A stretch of 64,000 nt of DNA from Bdellovibrionales bacterium RIFOXYD12_FULL_39_22 (GTDB lineage Bacteria; Bdellovibrionota; Bacteriovoracia; Bacteriovoracales; Bacteriovoracaceae). The notes beneath the pieces are model-generated. The model saw only the letters and a program-made list of their open reading frames with translations. It did no database searches and was not told where the DNA came from. Made by a program: the position numbers and the translations under genes. Shown here one piece after another: positions 47,309-58,035 of this stretch (positions within the stretch are counted from its first letter, which is position 1; the number at the start of each line of letters is the position of its first letter). Location of the stretch: positions 62,001 through 126,000 of the forward strand of contig MEQL01000007.1 of NCBI GenBank assembly GCA_001770205.1, written 5' to 3'.

Positions 47309-48040
47309 CTAGAAAAAATATGACGTACCTAACACTATTCCGTACAGTAGCGGTTGGTGTAACATATATATCCACAAAGCATTTATTCCTAGCCATGAGA
47401 GTATTTTTCCGCCCGCGATGCGTTGCGAATCGATTTGATGAAATTTATAGTGGAATGCAAAAATTCCCAAGCAGACGGCGCCAAACCAAGGAAAAGGGGC
47501 AATGTAGTCCATGGATTTATGGCCTAAGACAAACCAAGGTAAATTGTAATCAAAAAAAATAGAAGGGATAAATAAGGCCAGCGCAATTAATAGCGAGATT
47601 TTTGGTCGATCTAAAAAAGGGAGGGCCATTAGACTTGTTAGTGTTATACAGTGCAAAGTTCCAAAATAGATCCAGCGGTCTGGAAACATTAGATAGGTCG
47701 TAAGGGAAACAACTACTGAGAAAAAAGCAATTTTTCCAAGTCGTGGCCAAAATTTTTCCCACCTAATTTTTTGTGCATGGGCCATGGCCAAAGAAATTCC
47801 AACACAAAATAGAAATAAAAAAACAATTAGGCGTGGCAAAAAGTACCAAAATTTTTCTTCTATAAAATCAATTTTCAAATAACCAAAGGCAGTAAGATCG
47901 AAGGAGGCATGAAAAAAAATCATTAGAGCGACGGCAACTCCCCTTGTTTGATCAATAATCGGAAAGCGAACTAAAGTCGAGGATGATAAGTATGATGAAG
48001 ACAATGAAGAGTGTGACGAAGAGTCAGGATTTATGCTCAT
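47309..48040 (-). CDS. DUF1624 / heparan-alpha-glucosaminide N-acetyltransferase-like membrane protein
   Basis: R...ID..RG.A..LMIFFH...DL, IYFGTLH, DY...FPW, LG.NAL.IY.LHQP. Confidence 0.85.
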   Translation of the reverse strand: MSINPDSSSHSSLSSSYLSSSTLVRFPIIDQTRGVAVALMIFFHASFDLTAFGYLKIDFIEEKFWYFLPRLIVFLFLFCVGISLAMAHAQKIRWEKFWPRLGKIAFFSVVVSLTTYLMFPDRWIYFGTLHCITLTSLMALPFLDRPKISLLIALALFIPSIFFDYNLPWFVLGHKSMDYIAPFPWFGAVCLGIFAFHYKFHQIDSQRIAGGKILSWLGINALWIYMLHQPLLYGIVLGTSYFF

Positions 48041-48082
48041 TGGTTAATTACCCAAGGACTTTGCCTCGAATGTTTTAATTTT

Positions 48083-48616
48083 CTAATAAAATTGCTCACA
48101 ATTTGTTCCGGCCACTCCGCGTTTGTATAGTTTAGCAAGGCCGGGAACCCCTTCTCCAAACCACTTAACTTGGGAGGCAGGAATATTCCACTCGCATGCA
48201 GTTTGAATGGCCGCATTAAGACTGCGATGACACTTTAGTGCATTACAGTAGAAAACAACTATTTTGCCTTTGTCGGTGTATTGTTTAACAATCTCTGCCG
48301 TTAATAAGTTGCCCTTATCGTTTTTGGCCTGAAAAGCATGATTAACCGCACCTTTTATTTGACACTGTTTAAAAAATGAATCTGGACGAGTATCAATAAA
48401 GACATATTTGTCTTTGTCGGCGGCAGTTAAATATTCTTTTGCTTTTGCAGGCGAGATTAGATTTAGTCCGGCAGAGGGATCAGATTTGGGGGCAGCATCT
48501 CCCTGGAAAGTATCCTTATTGAAGGACTCAAATCCTGGATTCATTACGCAAGCGGCTTCCAGCATATTGCAGGAAAATAGTGCGGTGATAAAGATAGAGA
48601 AAATAAATACTTTCAT
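48083..48616 (-). CDS. Exported rhodanese-like domain protein
   Basis: Signal peptide; FIDTR, IKGAV, VFYCNALKCHRS, V.WF..G. Confidence 0.8.
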   Translation of the reverse strand: MKVFIFSIFITALFSCNMLEAACVMNPGFESFNKDTFQGDAAPKSDPSAGLNLISPAKAKEYLTAADKDKYVFIDTRPDSFFKQCQIKGAVNHAFQAKNDKGNLLTAEIVKQYTDKGKIVVFYCNALKCHRSLNAAIQTACEWNIPASQVKWFGEGVPGLAKLYKRGVAGTNCEQFY

Positions 48617-48885
48617 CAGAAACTCCGTGGGTTAAAGAAATAATAACACTTTTTCTAGTGTGGATTTAGTTTACTATTTAGTGATGATTTCTCAAGCGAT
48701 AATATAAAGGGAAAGATTCTTCCTTTTTATCCGATAAATTTAAGAAAAGACCGAGTAAATGCTTACAGATTGACGATTGTTGATGTGAAAAATATCATTG
48801 GTTGTTAGTGCATTTGATGCGAAAAGCAACAAAGCGAATAAGGAAAAATACAAAATACTATCATAACCTTTGCCAGGATTATTTT

Positions 48886-51288
48886 ATGAAGAAATATTAC
48901 AAAAAAGTATGGCCAATACTTGTCTTAATTACTCTATTGAGTGTGGTTGGAATCTATTTTTTTATTCATAGATCTTTGCCGAAAACAGTTGGGGAATTAG
49001 TTGTTTTCAACAAAGAGATAAATTCTCAGGTCGAAATGGTTAGCGATAACTGGGGAATTCCTCACATCTATGCACAAAATGAGAGTGATGCAAATTTTGT
49101 GCTGGGATATAAGATGGCCTCGGATCGCTTATTTCAAATGGAGCTCTATCGGCGGATGTCTCAGGGAACATTGGCCGAAATTTTTGGAAAAGATGCTTTA
49201 GAATTAGACAAAATGTTTCGTACAGTCGGGTTTGCTCATTACGCACGAAAATTATATCAAAAGCGCTTGGCCGCAATGAATCCGATGATGCTGGCCGACC
49301 TGCGGAAGTTTTTTGCGGGGATAAACTACTATATTGAACATGAAACCCTTCCCTATGAATTTAGCTTGCTTAATTTTAGGCCGGCAAAATTTAATCCGGA
49401 AGATTCAATTGCGTTTATTGGTTACATGGGTTTTCGCTTTGCCGTAGGAATAAAGCAAGATCTTCTTTTTTCTAATCTTTCAAAAATACTGTCTCCGGCC
49501 CTTTTTACCCAATTGCGCAACAATAGCGGAAATATTCCCAAAACGCAGATGCAAATTGGCCGCGTATTATTGGATAATTTGCAAAAATTTGAGGCCGCAC
49601 ATGACCTAGCACTACCGGCCTTTGATGGCAGTAATGCCTGGGTACTTTCACCTTGGCGCTCAAAAAGTGGCGGCGCTCTTTTGGCCTCAGATCCCCATAT
49701 TGGTTTTTCAAATCCGAATATATGGTATGAAGCGCATGTGGAGACTCCTTCTTGGAAGCTGTATGGCCATTTTTTACCGCTAATCCCCTTTCCGGTGCTT
49801 GGACACAATTTAGATTATGGTTGGGCCATAACAATTGCTTACTATGATGATATGGATCTTTATCGTGAAACTATTTCCGAAGATGGACGCTCGGTAATGT
49901 TTCAAGAGAGGTGGGTCCCGCTAGAGCGTTATCCTCAGGTTATAAAAGTTAAAGGCCATAGTGATTTTAAATTTGATCTTCTTATAACACCTCATGGCCC
50001 ACTGCTTTCTTCCCTTTTTCCTAAAGAAAATATTTCTCTTAAGTGGACTTATTATATGGAAGAGAATGCCACGCTGGAAGGGTTGTATAAAATGGGCCAT
50101 GCACAAAATATGGAAGATTTTAAGCAAGGAGTGGCACTGGGGGCATCTCCTGGACTTAATATTTTATATGCAGATAAGATTGGAAATATTGGATGGTGGC
50201 CAATGGGGGCAATTCCGCTTAGGAATAAAAGTGACGATGGAGATTTGATTTTAGATGGAGCTAGTGGAGTTGATGAATATATTCGTTATCTAGAGTTTAG
50301 AGAAAAACCATCATCAGAAAATCCGTCCAGTGGTGTGATTATTTCTGCGAATCAACGTCCTCGCAACGATAGTTGGGGACTTCGTGGATATTGGCCAGCA
50401 GATAATCGTTATCTATCTATAGATAAAATGTTGATGGCACAGGAAAAATGGTCACTAGAAGAACTCAAAAAAGTACAAACTGCCAGCTTTGATGTTGGTA
50501 TTGCCCACCATTTGGAAATACTTTTGCGTGCTATCAATGTTGAACAAATGTTAAATGATACAAAAAATGGTGAAAGCTATCGTATGGTCACTCGCCTGCT
50601 AAGTAACTGGGATATGCGCTCAGAAGTAGATAGTGCTCCAGCGGCCATATATCATCAAACAATGCGACAGGCCCTGATTTTTCTTTTAGACGAACTCTCT
50701 TCTGGAGAGATGATGGGAGGTGGAATGGGGCCTAAAGAGTACTGTCAGTTAGATGCCAAAGATTTCTTTTTCAATGCATTATTAGACGATCGAGAATCTG
50801 CATGGTGGGATATAAAGGCCACTTCTAACATTGAAAGTAGAGATGATATTTTAAGAATGGCCTTCGCAGAGGCACTTGATTTTTTACGTTCTCGTTGGGG
50901 AGCTGATCCTGCTTCCTGGAAATGGGGGGCGTTGCATACGCTAGAATTTACCCATCCATTAGGTCGTAAGTATCCACTAAACTACATTTTTAATGTTGGC
51001 CCGTTGGCAGTTTCTGGAGGAGCAAATCAGATAAATCATTATCATGATACTGGCTGTGAGAGCGAATTTAAGGTTACGGCCGGGGCCTCTACGAGGAGAT
51101 TAATCGATTTTTATGACGCCACTAACTCTTGGGGCATTCTCCCCCTGGGAATATCTGGCCATATTTTAAGCAAACACTATAAGGATCAGTTGCCACTTTT
51201 CATTGGAGGAAAGTATCGTTCTCAGTGGCTAGAACGATCTTCTATTGAGAAAAATCGTGAATCGGTGTTGATTTTTAGAGCGTTGTAG
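48886..51288 (+). CDS. Penicillin acylase family Ntn-hydrolase (penicillin/AHL acylase-like)
   Basis: WGIPHIYA, DRLFQM, GSNAWV (beta-chain Ser), LLASDPH, YAD..GNIG, SANQ, WKWG.LH, SGH..S.HY.DQ. Confidence 0.93.
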   Translation: MKKYYKKVWPILVLITLLSVVGIYFFIHRSLPKTVGELVVFNKEINSQVEMVSDNWGIPHIYAQNESDANFVLGYKMASDRLFQMELYRRMSQGTLAEIFGKDALELDKMFRTVGFAHYARKLYQKRLAAMNPMMLADLRKFFAGINYYIEHETLPYEFSLLNFRPAKFNPEDSIAFIGYMGFRFAVGIKQDLLFSNLSKILSPALFTQLRNNSGNIPKTQMQIGRVLLDNLQKFEAAHDLALPAFDGSNAWVLSPWRSKSGGALLASDPHIGFSNPNIWYEAHVETPSWKLYGHFLPLIPFPVLGHNLDYGWAITIAYYDDMDLYRETISEDGRSVMFQERWVPLERYPQVIKVKGHSDFKFDLLITPHGPLLSSLFPKENISLKWTYYMEENATLEGLYKMGHAQNMEDFKQGVALGASPGLNILYADKIGNIGWWPMGAIPLRNKSDDGDLILDGASGVDEYIRYLEFREKPSSENPSSGVIISANQRPRNDSWGLRGYWPADNRYLSIDKMLMAQEKWSLEELKKVQTASFDVGIAHHLEILLRAINVEQMLNDTKNGESYRMVTRLLSNWDMRSEVDSAPAAIYHQTMRQALIFLLDELSSGEMMGGGMGPKEYCQLDAKDFFFNALLDDRESAWWDIKATSNIESRDDILRMAFAEALDFLRSRWGADPASWKWGALHTLEFTHPLGRKYPLNYIFNVGPLAVSGGANQINHYHDTGCESEFKVTAGASTRRLIDFYDATNSWGILPLGISGHILSKHYKDQLPLFIGGKYRSQWLERSSIEKNRESVLIFRAL

Positions 51289-51457
51289 GGGGTAAACGGC
51301 AAAATCTCCAATGAAAAAAATAATTTTACCAATGATAAAAAAAAATGAAATTTTTTATATCTTTCTTGTTTTTTTCATGCTTATAATTATTGCATTGGAG
51401 AATTGGGTATATCGTGATCGTTTATAAGATTGAAAGATCAACGGAATAATTGCTTAA

Positions 51458-51925
51458 ATGAGAGAAAACAAAAAAAGTAGTCAGTTGGATGTTACCTTTG
51501 AGAAGGCGAAATCGCAGAAGGACATTAAGCATATCTTTGATCACACAATAGATGCTTTTTCAGACAGTCCTGATTTTAGCTGGACACTAGAAGATATACA
51601 GCGAGAAGTTAAAGAAGGCTGGGAACTTTACTCCGTCTCTTCTGGAAAAGAGGTTATTGCCGCAATCTTTTTTAAGCAAGAAGGGAGTGATCTATACACT
51701 AAAAATACTGCAATAAAAATGACATTTCAGGGCAGTGGATATTCCCACAAAATAAAAGAATTTTTTGAACAAAAGGCCCGGGAATTGGGAGTAAAGAAAA
51801 TTATTCATTATTGCCGGATAGATAATTTTCGGATGTATGCGTTAAATGAAAGCCACAATTATAAAAAAACAGAAAATAAGTTAGGAGAAGAGCAACAAAT
51901 AGTAGAATGGGTGAAAAGAATTTAA
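51458..51925 (+). CDS. GNAT-like acetyltransferase-fold protein
   Basis: FQGSGYS (QG.G loop), N..MYALN...Y. Confidence 0.6.
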   Translation: MRENKKSSQLDVTFEKAKSQKDIKHIFDHTIDAFSDSPDFSWTLEDIQREVKEGWELYSVSSGKEVIAAIFFKQEGSDLYTKNTAIKMTFQGSGYSHKIKEFFEQKARELGVKKIIHYCRIDNFRMYALNESHNYKKTENKLGEEQQIVEWVKRI

Positions 51926-52038
51926 GAATCAAGTAGGAATTGGAATCTGTTTTCGCAGATGGATTTGTTTTAACGGATTGCGGTTACTACTGAGCGGAAA
52001 TTGCTTTTTACATTATTAACCACAGTAGGAGGAATACA

Positions 52039-52407
52039 ATGGCAACGAAGAAAGCAACCAAGAAAGCGCCAGCTAAGAAAAAAGCGGCCAAGACAACCAA
52101 AAAAGTAGTTAAAGCAACTGCGAAAAAGGCCACAAAGGTGAAGGCAAAGACAAAAAGAAAGCCAAATCCATCTTTCATGAGACCTTTAACTCCATCAAAT
52201 GAGTTGGCAGTTATCGTAGGAAACAAGCCACTACCACGCACTCAAGTTGTTAAGAAAATGTGGGAGTACATCAAGAAGAACAAACTTCAAGATGCTAAAG
52301 ACAAAAGAAAAATCAATGCTGATGACAACCTAAAAGCTGTTTTCGGTGGAAAAACTAGCGTTGATATGTTCAAAATGGCCGGTCTTGTTAACAAGCACCT
52401 ATCCTAG
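52039..52407 (+). CDS. SWIB/MDM2-domain protein with a Lys/Ala-rich histone-H1-like N-terminal tail
   Basis: AGGAGG RBS; MATKKATKKAPAKKKAAK...; FM.PL.PS..LA.IVG..PLPRT.V.K.MWEYIK...LQD....R.INAD..L..VF. Confidence 0.93.
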   Translation: MATKKATKKAPAKKKAAKTTKKVVKATAKKATKVKAKTKRKPNPSFMRPLTPSNELAVIVGNKPLPRTQVVKKMWEYIKKNKLQDAKDKRKINADDNLKAVFGGKTSVDMFKMAGLVNKHLS

Positions 52408-52419
52408 AAAGCAAAACAA

Positions 52420-53694
52420 CTACTTTTTGTAGTTTAAAAAGGCCTGCGTATATTCATTGCGCAGGCCTTTTTTTATGCCCTTTAAATCACTTGTAAATAG
52501 ATCATGGCACTCAATTGTTGGATTGCCATTAGGAAAGCTTTTTCGGCCTTTTAAATAATCCAGACACACTTCACCGTAGCTGTCGATATACTCGGGTAAA
52601 TTTTTATCAATAAAGGAGGCCAAAATTGCACGCCGCTTAAGATCGGCGATTTTGAAAGTCTTTCCCGGAAGAGGATCTCGTCGAACCAGTTTCTGAATGG
52701 CCTTTACCCGGCGCTCAAATTTTTGCCCCAGAATTTGAACACTATTCCATGCATAGTTGAAGAGTTCTCCCTGTGGTGGGTCGCTTAACAAATAAGTCGC
52801 ATAGAGGTAATCTTTATCTTCATCAGAGAGTTGATTAAAAATGGCCAAAAGTTTAAAAGCATTTTCAAATTTGGCAAGATCACTACCCTCTAGATCTTGT
52901 AAGTATGAGGGAAAAACTGCCGTCCAGCAGGAGTCATTGGCCAATGATAAAAGTTTCTTTTTTACCTGTTCGTTATCAAAATGTGGCGAGGCCAAGAGCT
53001 TTGAAGCTTGGACTTTTAGCTCTAAAATAAGTGGCCGCTCTTTGCAGTAAAATTCGGCAAACTGACTTCGGGCGCCAAAAGAGTAGAAGGCCCATAATTT
53101 ATCAGTTTGTACATACTGCCATAGTAAATTACCTAGCTTCATGGCAAGAGAGTGCTCGCGACTAACTTCCGGAGTATTATTCCAGACGTCATGAAGGTCT
53201 GCTACACATGGATCGCTATCTTCATCAATCAGATTTTTCAAGGGAATTGGCCCGTTGCCTATTTCACTGCTTTGGGTCAATTTTATAATATCTTCAGCAA
53301 AGCAGTTTTGAAGGTATGCAAGTGCGTAAGTAGTGCGTTTAGAAAAGATAATTGCAGATCCATTTATGGATGGCCACCTTACTAGTTCCTCGACTTGCTT
53401 AAAAGTTTGTCGATCAAACCTTTTTTGATTTGCCAGATATTCAATGTAACTGGTGGCCATGCCGTGGGCCATATCCGCCCAGCGCTGGCCACGATTGGAA
53501 GGAAGAACATCATGGGCATGGGCAAAAAACTCTTGATAGCTTTTTTCTCGCTCAAGTATCTCTAGATCAGCTATCGAGTACTTGGACGAGGAAGAGGAGA
53601 TTTGAGCGTTCAACACTTGGGGGGAAATGACAGCAAACAGTCCAAGATAAAGGAGCAAGGTTGAAGCTAAAAAATTATATGTAAGAAACATCAC
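52420..53694 (-). CDS. Hypothetical exported protein
   Basis: 424-aa ORF with a hydrophobic N-terminus and several Cys; no family recognised. Confidence 0.75.
   Translation of the reverse strand: MMFLTYNFLASTLLLYLGLFAVISPQVLNAQISSSSSKYSIADLEILEREKSYQEFFAHAHDVLPSNRGQRWADMAHGMATSYIEYLANQKRFDRQTFKQVEELVRWPSINGSAIIFSKRTTYALAYLQNCFAEDIIKLTQSSEIGNGPIPLKNLIDEDSDPCVADLHDVWNNTPEVSREHSLAMKLGNLLWQYVQTDKLWAFYSFGARSQFAEFYCKERPLILELKVQASKLLASPHFDNEQVKKKLLSLANDSCWTAVFPSYLQDLEGSDLAKFENAFKLLAIFNQLSDEDKDYLYATYLLSDPPQGELFNYAWNSVQILGQKFERRVKAIQKLVRRDPLPGKTFKIADLKRRAILASFIDKNLPEYIDSYGEVCLDYLKGRKSFPNGNPTIECHDLFTSDLKGIKKGLRNEYTQAFLNYKK
52436..52474 (+). terminator. Intrinsic terminator of the SWIB gene, inside the convergent CDS
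   Basis: AAAAAGGCCTGCG (52436-52448) / CGCAGGCCTTTTT (52460-52472), T7 tract 52468-52474, ~30 nt after the SWIB stop. Confidence 0.8.
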
Positions 53695-53809
53695 CTTTGA
53701 TTGTAGTTATAAAAAAACAGATTCGTCAAATTTGTTTACTAAGTTTGTTAGTTGGGATAGATAAAGACATTCAAAAATTTTAAGTCCAAATCACACTTCT
53801 GGAGGCGAT

Positions 53810-56800
53810 ATGGAGCTATCACAAAAAACAGCAACAGATGTTAAAGCGATAATACCTGAAATAGTTGAACGAGCATTCTCGGTTGACGGAATAGAGTGGA
53901 AAATCTATTTTTACCATCAGTTCACACCCATTTTCGAAACAGCAGATAGAAAGATTAATCCGCAGATTATTGAGAGAATAAGGCCTTACCTTACCGGGAA
54001 ATTTACAGATTTTCGTACGCAAATTCACCTCAAATCCGTGGCCTTAATGGTAGGTTTTTTCTTTCAGTCCAGACAGGTTCGTATCTATACTCAGCGCTTA
54101 AATTATGAACTATTTCTTTTGCAAGAGAGTGAGTCGATTGCTGCCTCAGAACGAGGCAGCAACTTCGATATCTTTAAGTCTCATACTGAATTAGTGGCCG
54201 CCTTGGTTCCAGAAAAATTTCCTTCAGTCTTGGATGTCGTAACCCATAAAAACAAGTTAACCGATTTAATTGGCGATGGCCGTTTCAAGTCTATCGAGGG
54301 AGAAATTGATGGGACGATCACAAAATTAATTGAACAGGTTTCAAGTTATCAATCAACGCTTTTTGAGAAGTTTACTGATTGGGGCCTATCATTAACTGCC
54401 AGTTTTGCATTACTGCGCATTCACTTACTTAAATTTATCGCTATTCTCCCATCTTTGGAATTTGATTCAGGAGGGAAAGAGGTTAAGCGCATTTTATTAG
54501 AATCGCTTCGTCGTCTTTTTGCAGATAATTCTCGTTCAAAGGGATTGGGTAAAAAGGGGCAGCAAGCGCCGATTCCGGAGTATGTTGATGCTTTATGCCG
54601 AATTATTTACTATATCGCAATAATTACTCCAGCGTCTTGGCTGGCACAGATGGTCAGAGGTGCAGTAAAGATGATGGCCAGACGTTTTATCGCTGGCGAG
54701 ACTATCGAAACTGCCAATAAAGCGTTGACCAATTTGTTTAATACCAAACGAGATGTAACGCTTGATCAGTTAGGCGAATTAGTGGTGTCGGAAAAAGAAG
54801 CGGATAAATACTGTGATGAAGTAATAAAATTAATTCGTGGATTTTCGCTTCATGTACCTCGTGGCGAAAAAAATGGTGCCGGAATTAATCGGGCACATGT
54901 TTCGATAAAAGTTTCTGCGTTATGCTCTGACTTCAAGCCATATGCAGAGGATTACACCTATTCCTTGGTTGGCCCGCGTTTGTCTAAAATATTATTGGCC
55001 GCTAAGGCGGAAGATGTTTTTATCAACGTTGATTCAGAACATTATGATTTTCGCGATATTGTTTTTAAAATTTATAAGCGAGTGCTGTTGGAGACTCCAG
55101 AACTTGCGGATTATGCCAATACGGGAATTGTGTTGCAGGCATATTTACGAGATGCTTCTAACCATCTCGATGATATTTTAGAATTGGCCCGCGCACGAAA
55201 ACTTTGTATGCCCATTCGAATTGTGAAAGGAGCTTATTGGGATGCAGAAACTGTTCATGCGGATGTTCACAGCTTTGATGCTCCAGAGTTTTTAAACAAA
55301 GAAGAGACCGATCTGCACTATCGCCAACTTATTGTTAAGATTTTAGAAAATCACCCCCACTTACAGCTAGTAGTTGCTTCTCATAACTTTGCAGATCACT
55401 CCTTTGCCGAAGTTGTTCGCGAGAAATTTTTCACACAGACTCCGACTATTGAGCATCAATGCTTGGATATGACCTATGAGGCACTTTCTACCGGGATGGC
55501 CAAGATGGGATGGCCGGTTCGCAACTATGTTCCGGTTGGTAGTTTGCTGGTTGGGATGGCCTATTTGGTTAGACGAATTATGGAGAACTCTTCGCAAGTA
55601 GGTGTATTAACTATTATGCGTTCTCACGTAAATCCAAAAAGCATTCGGCCGCCGCACAAGATTCATCAGGATAAAAAAGAACATGGGGAGTTGGCGCGAG
55701 ATATGTCTATTGCGCAATTAACGAATAAATTTTTCAATATTGCTCCGGCCAGACTTTACGTCGATGATGAGAGGAATTGGTTACTTGAAGAGTTCGAAAC
55801 TTTCAAAAAAAATCGCCTGGGAACTTTTTTTAAAAACAATTTTCCATTAAATGGAAATGTAAAAACGATTACTAGTTCTTCTGATCCTTCCATTATTGTT
55901 GGAACAATTAAAGAGGGGACGATCGAAGATACCAATCATGCGGTGACGGTGGCGCAAGAAGCTTACAATAGTGGTAAGTGGGCCAAGGCACGGCCAATTT
56001 ATCGTGCCTCGGTATTGTTAAATGCAGCCCTTCTTATGACTAGTAGAAGAAACGAGTTGTCCGGTTTAATAACTTTTGAAGCTGGAAAAACTTTTAATGA
56101 GGCCTTGGCCGATGTTGATGAGGCCATCGACTTTTTGAATTTTTACGCGAGAGAAGAAGTTAAAATTAACAAAGAGAATCCTAAAATAATTTCTCGTGGT
56201 GTTATGTCGGTAGTTTCACCTTGGAACTTTCCTATTGCGATACCGTGTGGAATGGTGGTGAGTTGCTTGGTCGCAGGAAATGCCGTTATTTTGAAATCTG
56301 CTTCGCAAACGCCACTTATTGCCCAGTGTATGGTGGATATTATGCATGAGGCCGGAGTACCCCAGGATATTTTGATTCATCTGGTTGGTAGTGGTGCTAC
56401 GGTGGGTGATGTGTTAGTGCAGCATCCTTTAATCGCCGGTATGGTTTTTACAGGTTCGAAAGAAGTTGGCATGAGTATCACGCACAAAATTGGTAAACGC
56501 ATTATTACGAATGAACTTTTTGGAGTCAAATATCCCACCAAAGTTATCACTGAAATGGGAGGTAAAAATGCCATTGTGGTAACGGCCAATGCGGAATTAG
56601 ATGAAACAGTTTCTGGAATTTTATATTCGGCCTTTGGACACTCCGGCCAGAAATGTTCGGCCGCCTCGCGAGTTTTAGTAGATAATCGAGTAAAGGATCG
56701 CTTGATTGCTCGTCTACGAGAGGCCGTACGCGATTTGAAAGTGGGGAAGGCATTTGAAATGTCCACTACTGTTAATCCGCTAATAACCATGAAAGAGAAG

Positions 56801-58009
56801 ACGCGACTGCAATCGGAAGTAAAATTGGCCGCAGAAGAGGCCCAGGTAAGTGGAGGGCATGTAATTATTGATCGTACACAAGAGGTTTGTCCGGGGAATT
56901 GCGTGGGGCCTGCGGTTATTGAACTTCCTACTCATCGAGCACTTAAACCATCCAGCTTTGCTATGAAAGAGCTTTTTGGGCCGGTAATTCATGTCATCGG
57001 CTTTGAATCTTTAGATGAGGCCATCGCTATTTTTAATGGCACAGAGTACGCCTTGACTGGGGGAATTTTTGGCCAGTCACAAGATGATGTAGATTATCTG
57101 TCTAAAAGATTGGAGTGTGGAAATTTATACGTTAATCGCTCCACAACAGGAGCTCGAGTGGCCATTGAGCCGTTTGGTGGTTTTAAATTATCGGGAACAG
57201 GGCCTAAGGCCGGAGGCCGAAGCTATGTTTATTCCTTTCATGTAAATCCCAAGTATGCGCAAGTGGCCCATATAGATGGCCAGGACGAGAGAGGATCGGA
57301 TTATCAATACTATCTCTGTCGCCCTCAGATTATGAATGTGAAGGATCGAGTTTCCAGTCTAGATCGAGCATTTGAAAATATCATTAACCATTTTGAGGTT
57401 TTATTTGCGGGCAATTTTGGCGAGGACAAAGATATTCTCATCGAATTTAGAAGTTGGGTAAAACATAATCTTATAAATTACCAGCAAGGTGAACATTTAA
57501 ATCGCGAGATTCCTGGGCAGTTAAGTTTTAATTCACTCTCTCTAGTGCAAGAGCATGTGGCCTTGCTCTCTTTCAATGAAAAACCACAGTTTGTGGCGTT
57601 AATGAATTTCATTGCGGCGGTGGCCGCCGGATCTGGCGTTACTGTTTTGGTAAAAAATCGCAAATCTTTCGAGTGGTGGGGACAGATTAAGAGTTATTTT
57701 TTACAAGCTGGATTTGATAAGAAAAATATTGATCTGTTTTTGCCGACAGATGATCTTTTTAAGAAGAGTTTGAAAGAGCCTTTCTTGAGCACTATCATTG
57801 TTGACGGTAATCAGACAAGATTACAAAAAATCTTAAATAGCATCTATGATGGTTCCTGCAATGAAAAACGCATGAAAAACATCATTACTAACTACGATAT
57901 TCCGGAAAGCAGAGATTTTAAACGCTTCTTGGAACAATTTAGTTGGACGCGGTCGTTTGCTATAAATACTATGCGACATGGGGCTCCACTAAATTTAGAG
58001 CTACACTAA
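53810..58009 (+). CDS. putA: Bifunctional proline dehydrogenase / P5C dehydrogenase, long form
   Basis: RFIAGE, SIKVSAL, VLQAYL, RIVKGAYWD, ASHN, YLVRRIMEN; ALDH half SPWNFP, FTGS, EMGGKN, GQKCSA, ELFGP, YALTGG, PFGG.KLSGTGPKAGG. Confidence 0.95.
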   Translation: MELSQKTATDVKAIIPEIVERAFSVDGIEWKIYFYHQFTPIFETADRKINPQIIERIRPYLTGKFTDFRTQIHLKSVALMVGFFFQSRQVRIYTQRLNYELFLLQESESIAASERGSNFDIFKSHTELVAALVPEKFPSVLDVVTHKNKLTDLIGDGRFKSIEGEIDGTITKLIEQVSSYQSTLFEKFTDWGLSLTASFALLRIHLLKFIAILPSLEFDSGGKEVKRILLESLRRLFADNSRSKGLGKKGQQAPIPEYVDALCRIIYYIAIITPASWLAQMVRGAVKMMARRFIAGETIETANKALTNLFNTKRDVTLDQLGELVVSEKEADKYCDEVIKLIRGFSLHVPRGEKNGAGINRAHVSIKVSALCSDFKPYAEDYTYSLVGPRLSKILLAAKAEDVFINVDSEHYDFRDIVFKIYKRVLLETPELADYANTGIVLQAYLRDASNHLDDILELARARKLCMPIRIVKGAYWDAETVHADVHSFDAPEFLNKEETDLHYRQLIVKILENHPHLQLVVASHNFADHSFAEVVREKFFTQTPTIEHQCLDMTYEALSTGMAKMGWPVRNYVPVGSLLVGMAYLVRRIMENSSQVGVLTIMRSHVNPKSIRPPHKIHQDKKEHGELARDMSIAQLTNKFFNIAPARLYVDDERNWLLEEFETFKKNRLGTFFKNNFPLNGNVKTITSSSDPSIIVGTIKEGTIEDTNHAVTVAQEAYNSGKWAKARPIYRASVLLNAALLMTSRRNELSGLITFEAGKTFNEALADVDEAIDFLNFYAREEVKINKENPKIISRGVMSVVSPWNFPIAIPCGMVVSCLVAGNAVILKSASQTPLIAQCMVDIMHEAGVPQDILIHLVGSGATVGDVLVQHPLIAGMVFTGSKEVGMSITHKIGKRIITNELFGVKYPTKVITEMGGKNAIVVTANAELDETVSGILYSAFGHSGQKCSAASRVLVDNRVKDRLIARLREAVRDLKVGKAFEMSTTVNPLITMKEKTRLQSEVKLAAEEAQVSGGHVIIDRTQEVCPGNCVGPAVIELPTHRALKPSSFAMKELFGPVIHVIGFESLDEAIAIFNGTEYALTGGIFGQSQDDVDYLSKRLECGNLYVNRSTTGARVAIEPFGGFKLSGTGPKAGGRSYVYSFHVNPKYAQVAHIDGQDERGSDYQYYLCRPQIMNVKDRVSSLDRAFENIINHFEVLFAGNFGEDKDILIEFRSWVKHNLINYQQGEHLNREIPGQLSFNSLSLVQEHVALLSFNEKPQFVALMNFIAAVAAGSGVTVLVKNRKSFEWWGQIKSYFLQAGFDKKNIDLFLPTDDLFKKSLKEPFLSTIIVDGNQTRLQKILNSIYDGSCNEKRMKNIITNYDIPESRDFKRFLEQFSWTRSFAINTMRHGAPLNLELH

Positions 58010-58035
58010 AAAAGCAAAAAGGATCTTGATAAATC

